Shown: one piece after another, positions 11,315 through 25,415 of the stretch
How the letters are laid out: each line of letters starts with the position of its first letter
Position numbering within the stretch: the first letter of the stretch is position 1
Origin: Paraphysomonas bandaiensis
Lineage: Eukaryota > Protista > Chrysophyceae
Assembly: GCA_965644295.1 (NCBI GenBank)
Contig: CBFFRP010000410.1
Location: 288,307 to 352,306, forward strand
Direction of reading: 5' to 3'
DNA length: 64,000 nucleotides
Made by a program: the position numbers and the translations under genes
The notes under the pieces: generated by a model
Seen by the model: only the letters and a program-made list of their open reading frames with translations
What the model was told of the DNA's origin: nothing
Databases searched by the model: none

Positions 11315-14167
11315 CTACATTCCTGGTAATCGTTGTGGTAAATTGAGAACATTACGTTCTTCATACATTCCAAACACCCCAGTCGGCTGGATGGACACGA
11401 TATGCTGATCAATAGGGTGATAAAACTTAAGTTGCTGTTCTAAGTAGAACTGAATGCGCCGACTAACCATTATACACGGTATGTTTATCAGAGGCTCTTC
11501 ATCTGGGAGTGCCATGAGTCGCATCGTTTTCTTGTCATCCGTGTTGACTATTATAACAGCTTTTGCACCTAATTTTTGAGCATTAATGACTTTGATACCG
11601 AAAGAGCATCCTCCTCCGCGAAGAATGGCTACAATTGTTCCAGATATGCGAACTTCGTATGCACTCGGATCACAACCTGCGAACATATGAGAAAAACGTT
11701 AACATAAATTACCACGGACCGTGAGGAGGAATCGCCATCTGCAGTCTATGAGGGCCTAAAGGTACTTCTTCTGGCCCAAATAGAGCCAAATGATAATCAA
11801 AAAATGCCCAACCATTCTTCCCTGATATGGCAATTCTTCCACCCTCTTCGGCTCTCCCACGTAAGTTATCCCGTGAAGGCGATGGAAAACTGATGACATC
11901 TTGTGGCTTCACATGAGGAACTAAAAAACAGGTACGTAAAGCACGCACAGGGTAATATTTTCAATTCAAGAATGGCAATATAGAATATACAAGGTCATCA
12001 CCTCCTCCATAGGCATAACTCATCCATTTATGACATCTCAAACAATAACAAAAACGATAGGTAAATCCACTCACCAGAATGTGCCCACTTATCCAGTACA
12101 TCTTCAGCCAGTGTAACAAGTCGAGTACATGACGGAGAAACACCGTATTGAGGATCGGACACTACAGCTAACACTTCGTTTTGCATTCCGGCTATATGCA
12201 ACAAGTCACCATCTTTTTGTTTAATTATACCTAATGGCACAGAACAGGTTGTTGTGTTTTCTTTTCCCGCAGGAATATCGATCATTGTGTCGTCGGTATT
12301 TATTATGACACCCAGGTCCGCTCCACCCGACACGAGTCCTTTGGCCTTATCAACAAATGTACAACTTCCACGTTTCATTAAAGATAAACTCTTACTCTTT
12401 AAACCTATGTTCCTTTCTGCTGCCTCTCGAGAAAGCAGCACTTGCATCGGATACATTCGTTCAATTTCTTCTGAAACCTGACCCCGCGAATTTAGTATTT
12501 CTATTGACTCAGAGGGTACATTGTGTTGTCCGCTCGTAACTGAACAACCGAATACATCGTTGGGTGGGGTTCTGAGCTGATAAAAGGTACAGGCGTCTTC
12601 ATGTATTATATCGAGTTTTGGAGTCCACTCTGCCAGGCGCACTTCAATCTCAGCAGTAAATGTCGGTGGGTATATGATAGTCATATTGAAAGTACGTTTC
12701 ATTGCAGATTCTAATTCCAATCGCTTGACATCAACCTTTGGTGGTGCTGTTTCAAAAACTAAAACGATCGGCCATGGCAAACTTTGAAGGATTCTGGTAG
12801 TAACCTTTGGAGGGGCTGTTGTCGTGTTTATTTCATTTATAGCCACCAATCTATCACCCTTCTGGACATCTGACTGCTGTGCTTGCATATTAGGCAATAC
12901 GGATTCCACAATTGATGCAGATGGTTGCTTGTTGTCAAAAGCAACGCCAATAGGACCAGTTCGGAAGCGAACAGAATACATAAACGAGGTGGGGGATGTG
13001 CGCCTTTTCTTCTCGCGCTCATGTGCCATATTCCCAGGTATTTTTCCAGCCAAATAAGGCTCCGGATACACACCATCTGGGCCATAAAGTGATCGCAAAT
13101 CGTTGTCCTTTTCTTTTTCCGCAGTACTCTGCCCTTTGGATGAAGCTGCGGCGTCAGGTGATTCACTATTGCTATCTTTCTTCGCTTTCCCTTCCCCTGG
13201 TTTGGGTTTTCCCGGCTTCTTTTTTCGTATTCCAGGCTTCGGTTTTTTCTCTGCCTTTGTTTCACGGTTTTCATTTGTATCAGCCGCTCTTTCGTTATTT
13301 TCAGCTGTCGTACTACGTCTTAATTGGGCAGAACCACTATCAACATCAATAAATGTATCCTCTTCTGGTGGTGGCTTTGGAACATCTGGATTCACTTCGA
13401 CCTGCACTTTTTTTCCTTTTTTCTGGAAGTTAGTATTTTTATGCTTCTGGGCCTCCGCTATTCCACTTAGTCCTAGTCTCTCACTCTTGTATAACTGGCA
13501 ATACGATCCTGTTTGATTTTGTCCACAAACACATTCACCTTTAAAAGAACAAGTTCCGTTAAAGTTATAGCAATCTCTGGAGGTAATGCATTTCCCACCA
13601 CCATGTGGTGGAGGTACGTACTCGTCAGCATTTGTTTGCATTTCACCGTTTTGTCCAATTACAATATTTCCAACCGTAAGAAGCGGTTCAGGACCACCTT
13701 CTTCCATATCGTACTCGATCTCACCTCTTCTCATAGATAACTTACGAGGAATTACTGATTGAATCATGACAAACCCAAGCAGTCGCTGGCCACCGTACTT
13801 CACATCCTCGTCATCCACAATGGGAACAACGGTTTCACGAATGCCAGACTCTAAAAAATCTTGTAAATTACCTGAATGATATATTACACGTCAATAAAAT
13901 TATCTCGAAACATGTACCAGTTAACAGCTTTATATTATCAGCGTGTGTGATGTAGTCGTCTGGTCTTAAGTCAGCCCCTTTACCCGAATACGTCACACTG
14001 TATTCTCCGAACTGAGTCATTCCAATATACAGATCGCTTTGAATCACTTCATGCATTGGAATCTGAAAGTATTTAGCTCCTCGTGACTCTTCTGCTCGCT
14101 GTGCTGCATACGTATACGAGCAGTGCATACATACGACAGCCATCACAATATTAACAAACAGACTCAT
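11315..14167 (-). CDS. Secreted-type protein with EGF-like, PDZ and two PA (protease-associated) domains
   Basis: Signal-like N-terminus MSLFVNIVMAVV; EGF CITSRDC..C..CVC..GSYC; PDZ GPIGVAF...VQKGDRLVAINE; PA motifs KRGSCTFVDKA and RGGGCSFGIKVINAQKLGA. Confidence 0.7.
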
Positions 14168-14685
14168 TATGACTGATATCACTTCTATTGGATTGTGTGT
14201 ATCATGACATATGCAGGGAATATCAATAAGAGAAGCCGCTGAGGGGTTATGTTGCTCCTGCAGTTATGTATATCTAACTGAACTTTAATATCATCAAGAA
14301 CACTGCGGCTCACAGCATCTCGCTCGATCTGCACTGTGCTGCTGTACATCTCCCGCATCTACTGTGAACTACTGTTGTATACGGCTGCTGTACCTGTGTA
14401 CTGTACGTAGACATACAGTAGCAGCATGGCTGGGGTTTGTCAAAAACCCAGGATTTCTACACTTGTCGATTGAAACGTAATTTTACGTTAAAATACTCCC
14501 ATTTTTCCTATGACTACGTACCTATATACTGCTGTATACACTGTAAGGAGATGTGACTGTGTTGTGATAACAATCATTTTTTAAATGGATCACTGAGCAC
14601 TGAGCAACTGTTCGATATCAATGAACAGAGTCAAGAACTGAACCTGCTTAGGCTACTCGAGTATCTTTCACCCACACTCGTCCCC

Positions 14686-16958
14686 ATGCAGAACGATAAT
14701 GTCAGTGTGGATTTCTGGACCGAGCAACTGCGCCTTCATATTCCCGATATGTTCATCTCATCAGATGAAGCTCGCAGGAATGATATATATCAACTATCAC
14801 TACCAGAGTGCCTTCGGAGTATTGTGTTACCCAAATGGGGACCTCAGTTAAAATATGTGATATGTTATGGTGTTGAAAGGTGTTACGAGGCATGGACTAA
14901 TGACGAGACGCATAGTTTAGATGACCTGAAAATATTAAGAGACTGTGGCCTACAGATTATATATGAGGATGATATTCTGGATCTATTAAGGATAAAAGTC
15001 GAGGAGCATGTATCCCAGACAGTACGTGGAGTATATGATCGTCCAGTGCTACCTGATATTCTAGATTTCATTAAGACCCGAATTTTGAGGTTTGCGGAAA
15101 ACATCTTCACTAGCCAGAAATTAAGTGAAATCCAACTAATGTTTCAGTCTTTCGCGAATGACACTTTGTCATGCCACCGTGCAAACGAACTGTTTGACAT
15201 CGTGACCGATTTCCCGGATAGTTCTGCGGCAGTAGTGGAGTTGCGAAATATATGTGACGGTGAATACTCGTTTAAAAGACTGGGGCGAAGATTTCGAAGC
15301 GACTTAAAACGACGTCTACTTCATACTGGGGCATCCACCCATAATATAATATATTTATACGTCTCAATGATACGATCATTGCGACTATTAGACCCTTCGA
15401 ATATTTTGTTAAACTACGTTGCGAAGCCTGTGAGGAAGTATCTCATGAGTAGAAAAGATACAATTAGATGTATAGTGTCATCACTCACTGGTAGAGAAGA
15501 TTTGCACAACGAACTGCGTGCTGGAGGCTCACTGGAGTATGGCTTAGACTCTGATGATGAGTTTGACGGTGTTAGTTTAACATGGAGTCCGCCGAAGAGG
15601 GCACTGGGATTTCCTGGAGCCGGTAGTCAAGACAAAGATGTGTTGGCTTTGCTCGTGTCGATATATGGCTCAACGGACCTCTTTGTTAATGAATATCGAT
15701 CGGTTTTAGCTGACAGGCTGCTGCAAAATCATGACTACGCCATTGATAATGAAGTTGCGACTTTAGAACTCTTAAAAATTAGGTGAGTAGCCTGCGCAGC
15801 TTTAACGTTGTTTTTTAATATTTGATAGGTTTGGCGAAGACTCTCTTCATAGCTGTGAAGTAATGCTTCATGACGTTGACTCTTCGAAGAGGCTAAATAT
15901 TGCTAAAGTAATGTTATCGCGTTTGAAATTAAGTCCGAATTTTTTGTTGACTTTTTTTCGTAGGATAGCGTTGGTGTGGTGGATTGTACGGTTATTTCGG
16001 ACTCGTATTGGCCGTCTTTGCAATGTGAAGAATTCAATCATCACCCACAGGCGGCCACGTTGCTATCTTCATTTGTAGAAGACTTTGCTGTTAAGAAAAA
16101 ACCTAAGCGCCTGCAGATGGTTCCTCAACTTGGTATTTATGTTTTTCATTATTTGTATTGAATTCTAATGTCAGCGTAGGGCAAGTAACCATTGAACTGG
16201 ATTTTGACGGTTGTATCAAAGAGTTCAACGTTAATCCATTGCAGGTCAAAGACCCGTTGTTTTTTTTTTTGCGGAACATAATCATTTTAATGTTGTGTAG
16301 GCGACATTGATTCTGCACATCGCTGATGAATCCAGTGTTTCATTACCCAAACTTGCAGCATTGTGCGATGTATCTGAAGCCGATGTGCAAAGAAAAATGA
16401 CGTACTGGATATCTCGCGGAGTTGTACGTGAAACCCATATAACATCCCAAAATGGTGAAGGTGGAGTTTCATGTAACTCCCAAACGATAGTCTATGAGGT
16501 CATTGCTGATCAGAATCGTGCAAATGATAGTGATAATGGGGAATCCTTGGCTGGTGTTCACTTTGAAGCTGCAGACAATGATGTGAGTTGATATGTGACA
16601 ATCGTAGTTAATAATAGTTTGTGGTAGGATATATTTATGAACAGTGGTTTATCATCAGAAGCACAAGAGAGTGCCACGTCATCTGTTTACGAAGCATACA
16701 TCAAAGGTGATACATGTATTAAGACTGCGATTTTGTAATAACTGTGTGATAGGTATGCTACTCAGTCAAGAGAGTATGCACCTGGAACGCATTCACGGTA
16801 TGCTGAAATTGATCGTGTCTGGAAATTCTGATGGCAGTAGATTCGACATGACGATAGTTCAACTACGAAAGTTTCTGCAGACTATGGTTACGGCTGGATC
16901 ATTAGAAATGGTTGATGGGTTATATCGAGTACGACAGAGTTCAAGTGGAAAATCTTAG
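14686..16958 (+). CDS. APC2: Anaphase-promoting complex subunit 2
   Basis: ELFDIVTDFPDS, RRLLHTGAST, LLVSIYGSTDLFVNEYRSVLADRLL and LELLKIR/FGE cullin-homology motifs; C-terminal winged helix LERIHGMLK; multi-exon. Confidence 0.92.
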
Positions 16959-17413
16959 CCGTAACTATGTTATGTAGTTGATAATGATCATGGGCAATAC
17001 CTGTTGAGTTGATTTTGCTGTCATTGTGATTAATAATAAAAGTGCTTGATGTATTCCTTCAATTTACTGGTCAACATTCAAATACAAATGGGAAATTACA
17101 ATTTCAAGATTGCGTCTGTTGTGATGCTGCAATTAGTCGCTAGAATGATTACATTGTACATCGCGCTAATAATCTTATTTGTGACAAGTATATGTATGGG
17201 AAAATACACTCAAAGTGGGAAACAATATGCAGTCGCAGCAAATAGTATGATGTAACTAACTAAAGGTATACACATCCAGTAACCCAGAAAATATGTCGCC
17301 ATAATTTGAAGAGTTCGCCATTTATATCATTATATTATTATTATATTCATTACGTGCTTCAGAATTAACTGATAATCTCAGATACTAACTTTAATACATA
17401 TAAGACTACATGT

Positions 17414-17700
17414 TTACAGTTTTTTATTGCATTTCCGAATCCGCCGCACAGTTTTTTGCGATCTCCGCTTTCCTTCATGAGAAAGTGCTTTTATCTCATC
17501 TAAACGCTGTTCATTTTGCTTCTGTTTAACGAATCGCGCAGCCTCTGTAAGATAAGAATTACTCATGATATGCTCACAATGACATACAGAATATCACCTA
17601 GATAACTGCCGCTCTCATCACAAGCCTTCCTCTTCTTCTTCTTAACTTTATGTTCCTGTCTATCTGATTTCTCTGCTTGGGAACTTATAGTGCTCTTCAT
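17414..17700 (-). CDS. Small basic hypothetical protein (5' exons unresolved)
   Basis: Spliced reading MKSTISSQAEKSDRQEHKVKKKKRK...AARFVKQKQNEQRLDE...RRIRKCNKKL* with one GT-AG intron. Confidence 0.35.
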
Positions 17701-18342
17701 GCGGGCAAGATGTTGCTTCAGACAGTCTAAACTCATGGTAGTAATTCAATACTATACCTCAGTCACTAATATGCAGATGTTGTGTTGGTAATGCTGTCAA
17801 AGGGCTGGGGCCACATCAGATGGTCGTCTCTGTTGGCTGCCATTAACAATATTGGAAGGGCCGATTGTAGAGGTCACCAAAACACCAGATTTTTATATTT
17901 TCCCACTAATAATGCCGCTTTTTGAACTCTATGTGATAGAAAGTACAATTATACAGTGCACTCACAGAGAATACGAGAGTACGGACGTATGGGCAGTCAG
18001 CATCTTAGTTTTCGGAAATAAATTGAAGCAATAATACTCCATATTACTGCTATACAACTACGTCTTGAATACAGATAATTATTGTCTCAATATTAGAGGC
18101 ATCTTGGAACTAAAATACACAAAGGATGCCCATACGGAGTACAGACAATACAGCAGCACATAAGTACGAGGACTGGACATCATCTATTACATGGTTCACA
18201 TGTCAGCAAGATGCTCTGCAATTCTTCTTCATACAGTGTTTAAGAGAGTCTTTCAGTGTTCTAATGCTTTCATTCCCTCGACGACAGCTTTTGTCTCTAG
18301 TTGGGTCTAACAGATATCACCACATTGCTGTGTGTCACTGCT

Positions 18343-19431
18343 GCTAGTGAAAGCCGTGGGCTTTTATAACACCCTTTGACACGTTTATGACATCGCTATA
18401 ATGTGATAACTAACGATATATAATATGCAGATATGTAGGATGAGTACCCGGTTTAATGCTAACGAATGTAGTGGGTTTAGATTATTATTAAGAGAAAAGA
18501 CTACAGACCGCTAGATGACTAGGATTTACCCTCAAACACACGATATTCATGGTCCACCCATCTCATTATCGATTTCGCAGGTCGGTGCACAATTTGATAA
18601 GGGGCCTTAGGTCTGAGGTGTAAGGATGGCATGGGTGATATTTTGGACAAGTATGAATGTGTAACATTCGCTGCGAATATTGTGCACAGTTGATATGTAT
18701 TAATGCATTTAACGGTTGGAATGAGATTCACGGCAATGCAATCTCATTCCAACCGTTAAATGCATTAATACATATCAACTGTGCACAGCGAATGTTACAC
18801 ATTCATACTTGTACCAAAATATCACCCATGCCATCCTTACACCTCAGTTTAATATTGAAAGTCTTATTATTAGCAATAGGCATTAAAAACCTGCACCAAA
18901 TTAGTAGCTAGATGAATGCTAGACAAACTAGTTAGACCTCTACCTGTAACTAATCAGGTGCGGAAGCTGCTTATGCGTCGCCGCAAGCACCAAGGTGCGA
19001 CCACTTCCGCTATGAGCTATGAGTGGGAAGAAGAATATCTGCTGACTATGTTTGCGGCTCACGTTAGTTTTCCAGAGAGAATCTCTCCAGTACTTATCCC
19101 CCAGAACACCACGAAAAGGTGTGAGTCTGACTTTGTTGATGGAGCCTCAGTCCTAATGCCCCTTATCAAATTGTGCACCGACCTGAGAAAATCGATGGTG
19201 AGATGGGTGACCATGAATATCGTGTGTTTGAGGGTAAATCCTAGTCATCTAGCGGTCTGTAGTCTTTTCTTTTCTCTTAATAATAATCTAAACCTACTAC
19301 ATTCGTTTGCATTAAACCGGCTACTCATCCTACATATCTACATATTATATATATATATCGTTAGTTATCATATTATAGTGATGTCATAAACGTGTCAAAG
19401 GGTGTTATAAAAGCCCACGGCTTTCACTAGC
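18343..19431. repeat. Long fold-back palindrome (~385 bp arms, 11-nt loop); right arm interrupted by an insertion
   Basis: 18343-18728 is the near reverse complement of 18740-18847 plus 19151-19431. Ends read GCTAGTGAAAGCCGTGGGC...GCCCACGGCTTTCACTAGC. Confidence 0.92.
18848..19144. mobile_element. Solo-LTR-like insertion with (C)CTCAG target-site duplication
   Basis: CCTCAG at 18842-18847 and 19145-19150 flank ~297 bp that is absent from the other palindrome arm. The insert is homologous to 4040-4190, 5360-5462 and 47510-47680. Confidence 0.75.
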
Positions 19432-20316
19432 TTTAACATGAGCTATTGATAGAAACTCATTGGACGACACGTATATTTTCTACCCATCTACATTAGTGTA
19501 TCATTTCCTTCCTTACGATTCATAATATGAATCGACTTTTGTTTTCGTTTGGATTGCATACTGCATACTTATACCCACCGAGAATGAGGAACTCCTGAAT
19601 ACAGAGAGAGAATGTGTGGAGAAAATGTTTTTGCCAACTTTTAGAGCAACCGTTTTCAGAACTTGGTCATGGTACAGACAGCAAGTTTTAAGATCATAAT
19701 GTGAAAGTGGCCCATCCCTACAGTGATGTAGTAGATATTAGGATATCCAGGTGTAGAAAATGAATATTGAATTAGTGAGACTAAATAGTAAATAGCAGTT
19801 GTTGGTATTAAATATAGTCCTCATTTGGAAATTTGACGAGTGCCTGAATAGCTGTATTTATTATTATAGGGCCACTGATAAGAAATCATCCTTCCCATAA
19901 ATAGAATAGGCATTTAGTTTCTCACTATTTTCATGGTCACTACCCAAATGTCTTTCAGGCTCAGACATCAATGACAGTAGCATTGGAGTATGTTGTAACC
20001 TCAATTGAAGTACTACTGTATAAGATGTGCCTAACACATAATTTAAGTCCTGCATTTACTCCAGTTATATATGAATATAATAAAGCTTGCTTATATTGCC
20101 TAGAATATGCAGTGGAAAATAGAGTCAGTTTGCACGATGCGGAGTTAGTTACATCTCAGGGACATATCGCAGTACCACGCATTCTAAATAAAACTGAATA
20201 TACTCAAAACTGCAAAGAAATGAGTCATATAACATTTAAAGCGCTATCATCTTTACTTCAGCAAAGAAACGATCACATAATCGACTTCTCAATCCAATAT
20301 ATCTTACTCCATAAGA

Positions 20317-22001
20317 TCAAGGGTTAGAAGTTTTCGGAGGCGAATTAATCAGAGAAGATATTTTCTTGTTTAATTCCGTGAATGCAGTGTGGAACTCCAT
20401 GATATCGCCCTTGCCCCTTCTCACCTGTGTGTGCACGCAACATTTAAAGATTACAAATGCAAAAGAAAACTATAACCTCTAACAAAGATATGGTCCCTGG
20501 ATCTGCTAAAACGGCATATATCTGAACCGATATTCCAATCATTCCTTTGGCCGTTAAAAGAGTTGCCTTTGCCTTCATATTACTCGATTGTTGTGCCGTA
20601 ACCTCAAATCCCATTTCACGAAGTGCCTCCGTTACACCACTCATCAGCCGATCGGGGCTTGAGTAGCTAGTGAACTGAAACGTTCTCTTGGTTACTTTAT
20701 CAGCCCGTGGTCGAAAAACTCTATCCAATGCGAATCCACCACACTGATTGACCAAGTCAAATGCATTCAAATGTTTCGGAGCCCGTGCTACTTCTTGCTG
20801 GCCATTATCACTGTCGGCACCACTGTCTGCCTCTTCAGCGTCTTCCACCGCGTTTTGTACTCCAGCCTCAATTTCCTTTTCCGTAGGAACTCTGGGAACT
20901 GCACGGCTGCTCTCGTGCCCTCCATCAACAGGAGCACCTGCCCTTCGGCGAGAATCTCTTCCACTTCCCATCACAGGTTTGCTGTCATCAGGTGGTGTAT
21001 CCTGATCTTCTTTTGCCGCAGATCTTGCGGCAGCAACTGTGTTGTTAAGCGAAGGCGTCGGATGATAGCTCTTCGGCCCATCATCAAATGTAACCCACGG
21101 GTGATTTCGCACATCAGTCAGAGTTACTCGTTCCTTTGGGTCAGCAACCAAAATCGAATCCAAAAGCGAACGAACTTCAGCAGAAAACCACGACGGATAG
21201 GTGAAATCTGCCGCTTGAATCTTCGAAAATAAGGCCACAATGGTCGATTCGTCGAAAGGAAGAAACCCGGCAAGAAGAACATACAGTATAACTCCAATAC
21301 TCCATACGTCTGCCTTCTTCCCTTCGTAACCGCGGTCAGCAAGAACCTCTGGGGCCACGTAATTTGGAGTTCCGCAAGTTGTGTGCAATAACTCTGTACG
21401 GGATGCACCATCACCATCAGCATCACCTACATATAACGATGACAGCCCAAAGTCGCTTATCTTAAGGTTTCCTTGCTCATCTAGGAGTAAGTTTTCTGGT
21501 TTCAAATCTCGGTGACATACTCCTAACCCATGACAGTATTCAACTCCTTCAACTAATTGGCGGAAATAAAAGCGAGCCATTTCTTCTGAAAAGCGGCCTT
21601 CGCTGACAATCTTATCGAACAGTTCCCCGCCAGTTACCAACTCCAAGACAATAAATATTTTCGTTCGCGATGCTAAAACTTCTTTCATGCCTACAACATA
21701 CTGATGTCTTACAATCTTCATGATTGATATTTCCTTCTTGATCTGTGGGCCCATATTTTGCTTCTGAATTTTTTCTTTGTCCAGAACCTGCAGAACCCTC
21801 CAGTAAGAAACGACTGAAGCAGAGCGCACAGAATACCTTAATTGCAACAGGCTCTGAAGTTTCAGTGTTGACTGCATACTTAACCCTTAACGAACAGCCA
21901 TATCAATAAATTAAAATAGACGGAATTAGAGTGACGTACTTTCCGAACGTGCCTTCACCAAGAGTGCGAAACAGCTCGTACTTTCCGACTTTTTTAACCA
22001 T
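20317..22001 (-). CDS. CIPK/SnRK3-like Ser/Thr kinase with NAF domain, copy 1
   Basis: True start MVKKVGKYELFRTLGEGTFGK at 22001; HRDLKPEN, DFG and TTCGTPNYVAPE; NAF motif HLNAFDLV..GFALDRVF; last exon VRRGKGDIMEFH...SNP*. Confidence 0.9.
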
Positions 22002-22494
22002 AATATTCAGGTAACTGTGACGACAACACACTGAGGGCCTATGAGCAGGCGAGGTTAATAATAAGTATCCCTGAACCCGTTTGTTAGGTGAAGGTGTTGG
22101 TGTTATGGGAGTGTATGTGCGTATATGTGTGTATACATATATATGCACTGTGGTATGGTGCTGTTGTATATCCATACTGCATACTCTGCATTGTACAACG
22201 AACAACACAGCGGTATGTATCGTACACTGTATTCTCGGTATTCGAGGACATACCATGAACATACGGTGATGAGTCCCTAAGCATGTCTCAGTGTACACAC
22301 CGCCGCACATATAAACAGAGCGACGAAGCAAAGGCACACCATCTAAGACACGGCTGCCCATTTAGGCCATAGAAGTCTTTGAGTATGAGTCAACGAGTGT
22401 TCTTCCCTAACAGACACATATCAGTATAGATAAGAGCCGTACAGATACACACTCACACTTATAGATAGATAGATATAGATACTGTGCTTACGTT

Positions 22495-23645
22495 ATGAGA
22501 TTGTTATCACTGGCGGTCTGTTTCATTTTTGTGTTGCACTCTTTCAACTCCGCATCCGAACCATCACAACAACATGCCGGCCACCTCGGAGTTATTGCTG
22601 TCTGTATCAGGTAAAGTCGTAGGGTTTGTTACTTCTTTATACGCCGATGTGTTAATACGCTCGATTTAGTGGACAAATTGGGCGCATGCAACCAGAGCAT
22701 TTACGACAAAGTCTAGTCTCGGCGAATTTAGATTATTTCTTCAATATATATTTTAATCTGCATAGTGCGAACGCCGTATATACCTATCGTCGGCCTGCTG
22801 CTGAGTCACCTTATGCTGAAATGACCTCTCTCGAAATAGAAATGCACATGAAGTCAATGTTTCTCACTGAGAACTCGAAGTTAGAGAGCTTTACCATACG
22901 TAATAGGAGAACGACGCAAGAGTGGATGGATATTTTACAGCACCCACTGGATCGAATAACGCAGTTCACAAGCAATCAAAATGTCATTTTAAATATGTAC
23001 GAGCATCACCAATCATGTGCATCAGATATATTACAATCGGAGAAACGCTCAGGTATTCGGCATCAATGGGTAATTTGTACAAGAGAGGATGTGTATTTCT
23101 TTTCACCGCTGCGACTTGGTGCTCTGCTTAACCGATATATGCTATCTGGGAGATATTGCGACCTTTTGACAAAGGATTGCTTGGGCTGGGGTGGATTTAA
23201 TATGCGATTGCAGTTGATGCGTCGTGACATAGGCTTAAAAGCGCTTCAGCGTATCACTTTCTACCGCGATATGTATAACTTAAACCTAACTGCAAAAATG
23301 CCGGAAATATTTGAGGTATTACAAGCGAATAGGCTTGGTATCACGTCATGTCTCTTGCCTGTCGAAGAGATGCCAGTCACTGCTGCCCGGCTCTCTTATA
23401 TTAACGGTTCTCTGTGTTTTATTCATCCAGAGCTCAAGGATTACAACATTAGCAGCAGGCCATGTGTCCCGCAAGAGAGTATGGACTTCGCTATTTCTCA
23501 CATATGTCCCCGAGAAAAGACACGATATCAATTTATTCCCTGGCAGTCCTTTGCATTTGTTCCTAACTCTGCTTTTCCTAAAGCATCCAAGAAATTGCTG
23601 TATTCCTCTGTCCGTAAACCTCATGCAAGTCGTAGGGGCTCTTGA
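22495..23645 (+). CDS. Secreted/Golgi-type putative glycosyltransferase-like protein
   Basis: Signal peptide MRLLSLAVCFIFVL; spliced IAVCISGQIGR motif and VICTREDVYF (RxD). Family assignment is tentative. Confidence 0.55.
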
Positions 23646-23939
23646 TATTAGAACCTAACTGTAATCTCTTTAATTTCGTAGTACTTGTAGTGTATAATGT
23701 ATTGATAAAGGTATTAGTAGTTCTCTTGTGTCATTGCATAGTAAATGGTATTACATACCACAAGCTACAAGCCCATTAATACCTTGAAGATCAAAATACG
23801 GAAATTGCCAGTTAACGATTTTTGTTGTTCCGTGGTACATGCTGTGAGTTATTGAATACTTTACTACAAATAATCATGACGGCGGTTGATCATTAGTACT
23901 AACACTTACATGTTGTGCACTCATGAGCATCAAAATTCG

Positions 23940-25155
23940 TACAATGCGATAAGTAGAGCAGTGATTTATATATAAATGCATGTTGTATTTTAGTGAAATT
24001 GAAAGAATTGTATATCGTATAGTGGTTGCACAAGTGATACGTTCTCTACTTATATTCCGAAGGAATATATATAATTGACGAAACGAATGGATTGATTACA
24101 AGTACTTCCTACTTATTTGAAAATGAGATAAATGAAATTACAATGATGCAAACTGTAGAGGAGCAGAATTTCATGTTTGAGGAGGAAGCTATAATATTAC
24201 AGGTCATTGAAAACGTGGATGTTGATGGCAAATACAGAGACACAGGTGGTTATTAAGCAAAGAGATTGATAAGTCATATCATCGGGTAAAGAAGTAAGGA
24301 GTTGAAATCCAAAATCAGATATACAAATTGTGTGCTCTCTACATTCAATGCTTGTACGATTGATCAATCCAGCTAAGCTTATTATATTAGTGTTGCGTTA
24401 ATGAATCTATCCAGAAACTCTTCCTATGATATTATTTCTGAGAACTAATCAAAAATTTAGTTTAAAAGCATACATACTTCAATAATATGGTATTGTACAG
24501 CATGCAGTTATACACCAATACTCAAATAAGTATTGACATTCATGTGTGAAATTACCAGCACAAGGACCACTAGTAACATAATTACGAGAGCTTTGCATAA
24601 TAAATCTCAAGTTATTCTTGAATCAATGACTTCATAGTGAATTATGGGTGCAGCAAGCGATTGCTGTTCGCTCAGTGTCATATCACATCCACTGAATGAT
24701 ATGAAACTCAAGGATATCAATATCATATATATCGTCAATCACAACAATACCAGACATCAGCATCATACCAATTGGAAGGTTGATGGTCATACTCCAAGCA
24801 CATGAGAGTACTTTATGTACATAATCCAATGGCTGTGTATCTTATGCATCTATCTGGAGACGATATCTAAATTCGAATAATATATAGACATGCCAATGAA
24901 TGAGCTCACTGCCCTAATATCTTTCGGATAGGCTAATTCTCTAATTGCCTTGACTGTTTCCGGATTCGCGTACTTGCCAAGAGGTCTAAATCCATCAATA
25001 ATAAACCCGAGGTAAGCTATTCGAGGATAATTTACATCCACCTTAGAGCTCTTGACAAGTACCCGAATCCGGAAACAGTCAAGGCGATTAGAGAATAGAG
25101 AATTATCCTATCCGAAAGATATTAGGGCAGTGAGCTCATTCATTGGCATGACTAT
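23940..25155. mobile_element. Degenerate Ty3/Gypsy fragments with an internal inverted duplication
   Basis: YLGFII...NPETVKAIRELAYPKDIRAVSSFIGMSIYY is the Gypsy RT C-terminal signature; protease-like SGCTSDTF near 24020; 24884-24983 is inverted at 25049-25155. Confidence 0.65.
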
Positions 25156-25415
25156 GCTGTGTACTGCTGTACCCCCTGCACTCGCTCTATCTGCCTGGAT
25201 ATGCACGTATACACAGTACTGCTGTATCCGTTGCCGTGAGGGTGCAGTTTACATATACAGCAGTATACAGTATGTATATAGAGCAGTATACAGTATGAAT
25301 AACTGTCTGTTTCACTGCATGTGAGTCCCAGTCGCTAATCTCTGCAGCGAGCATCCACTCCGCCTCGCACTCTCAACTCCCTCATCAGTGTTCAGAAACG
25401 CAATTAACATCAACA

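Noticed and set aside
18343-19431. Fanzor/TnpB or transposase coding in the palindrome
   Set aside because: Only short ORFs with no RuvC, DDE or HUH motifs.
21790-21877. ORF-track N-terminus MQSTLKLQ... of the kinases (also at 49988)
   Set aside because: It reads through intron and off-frame exon sequence; the true starts are 22001 and 50112.
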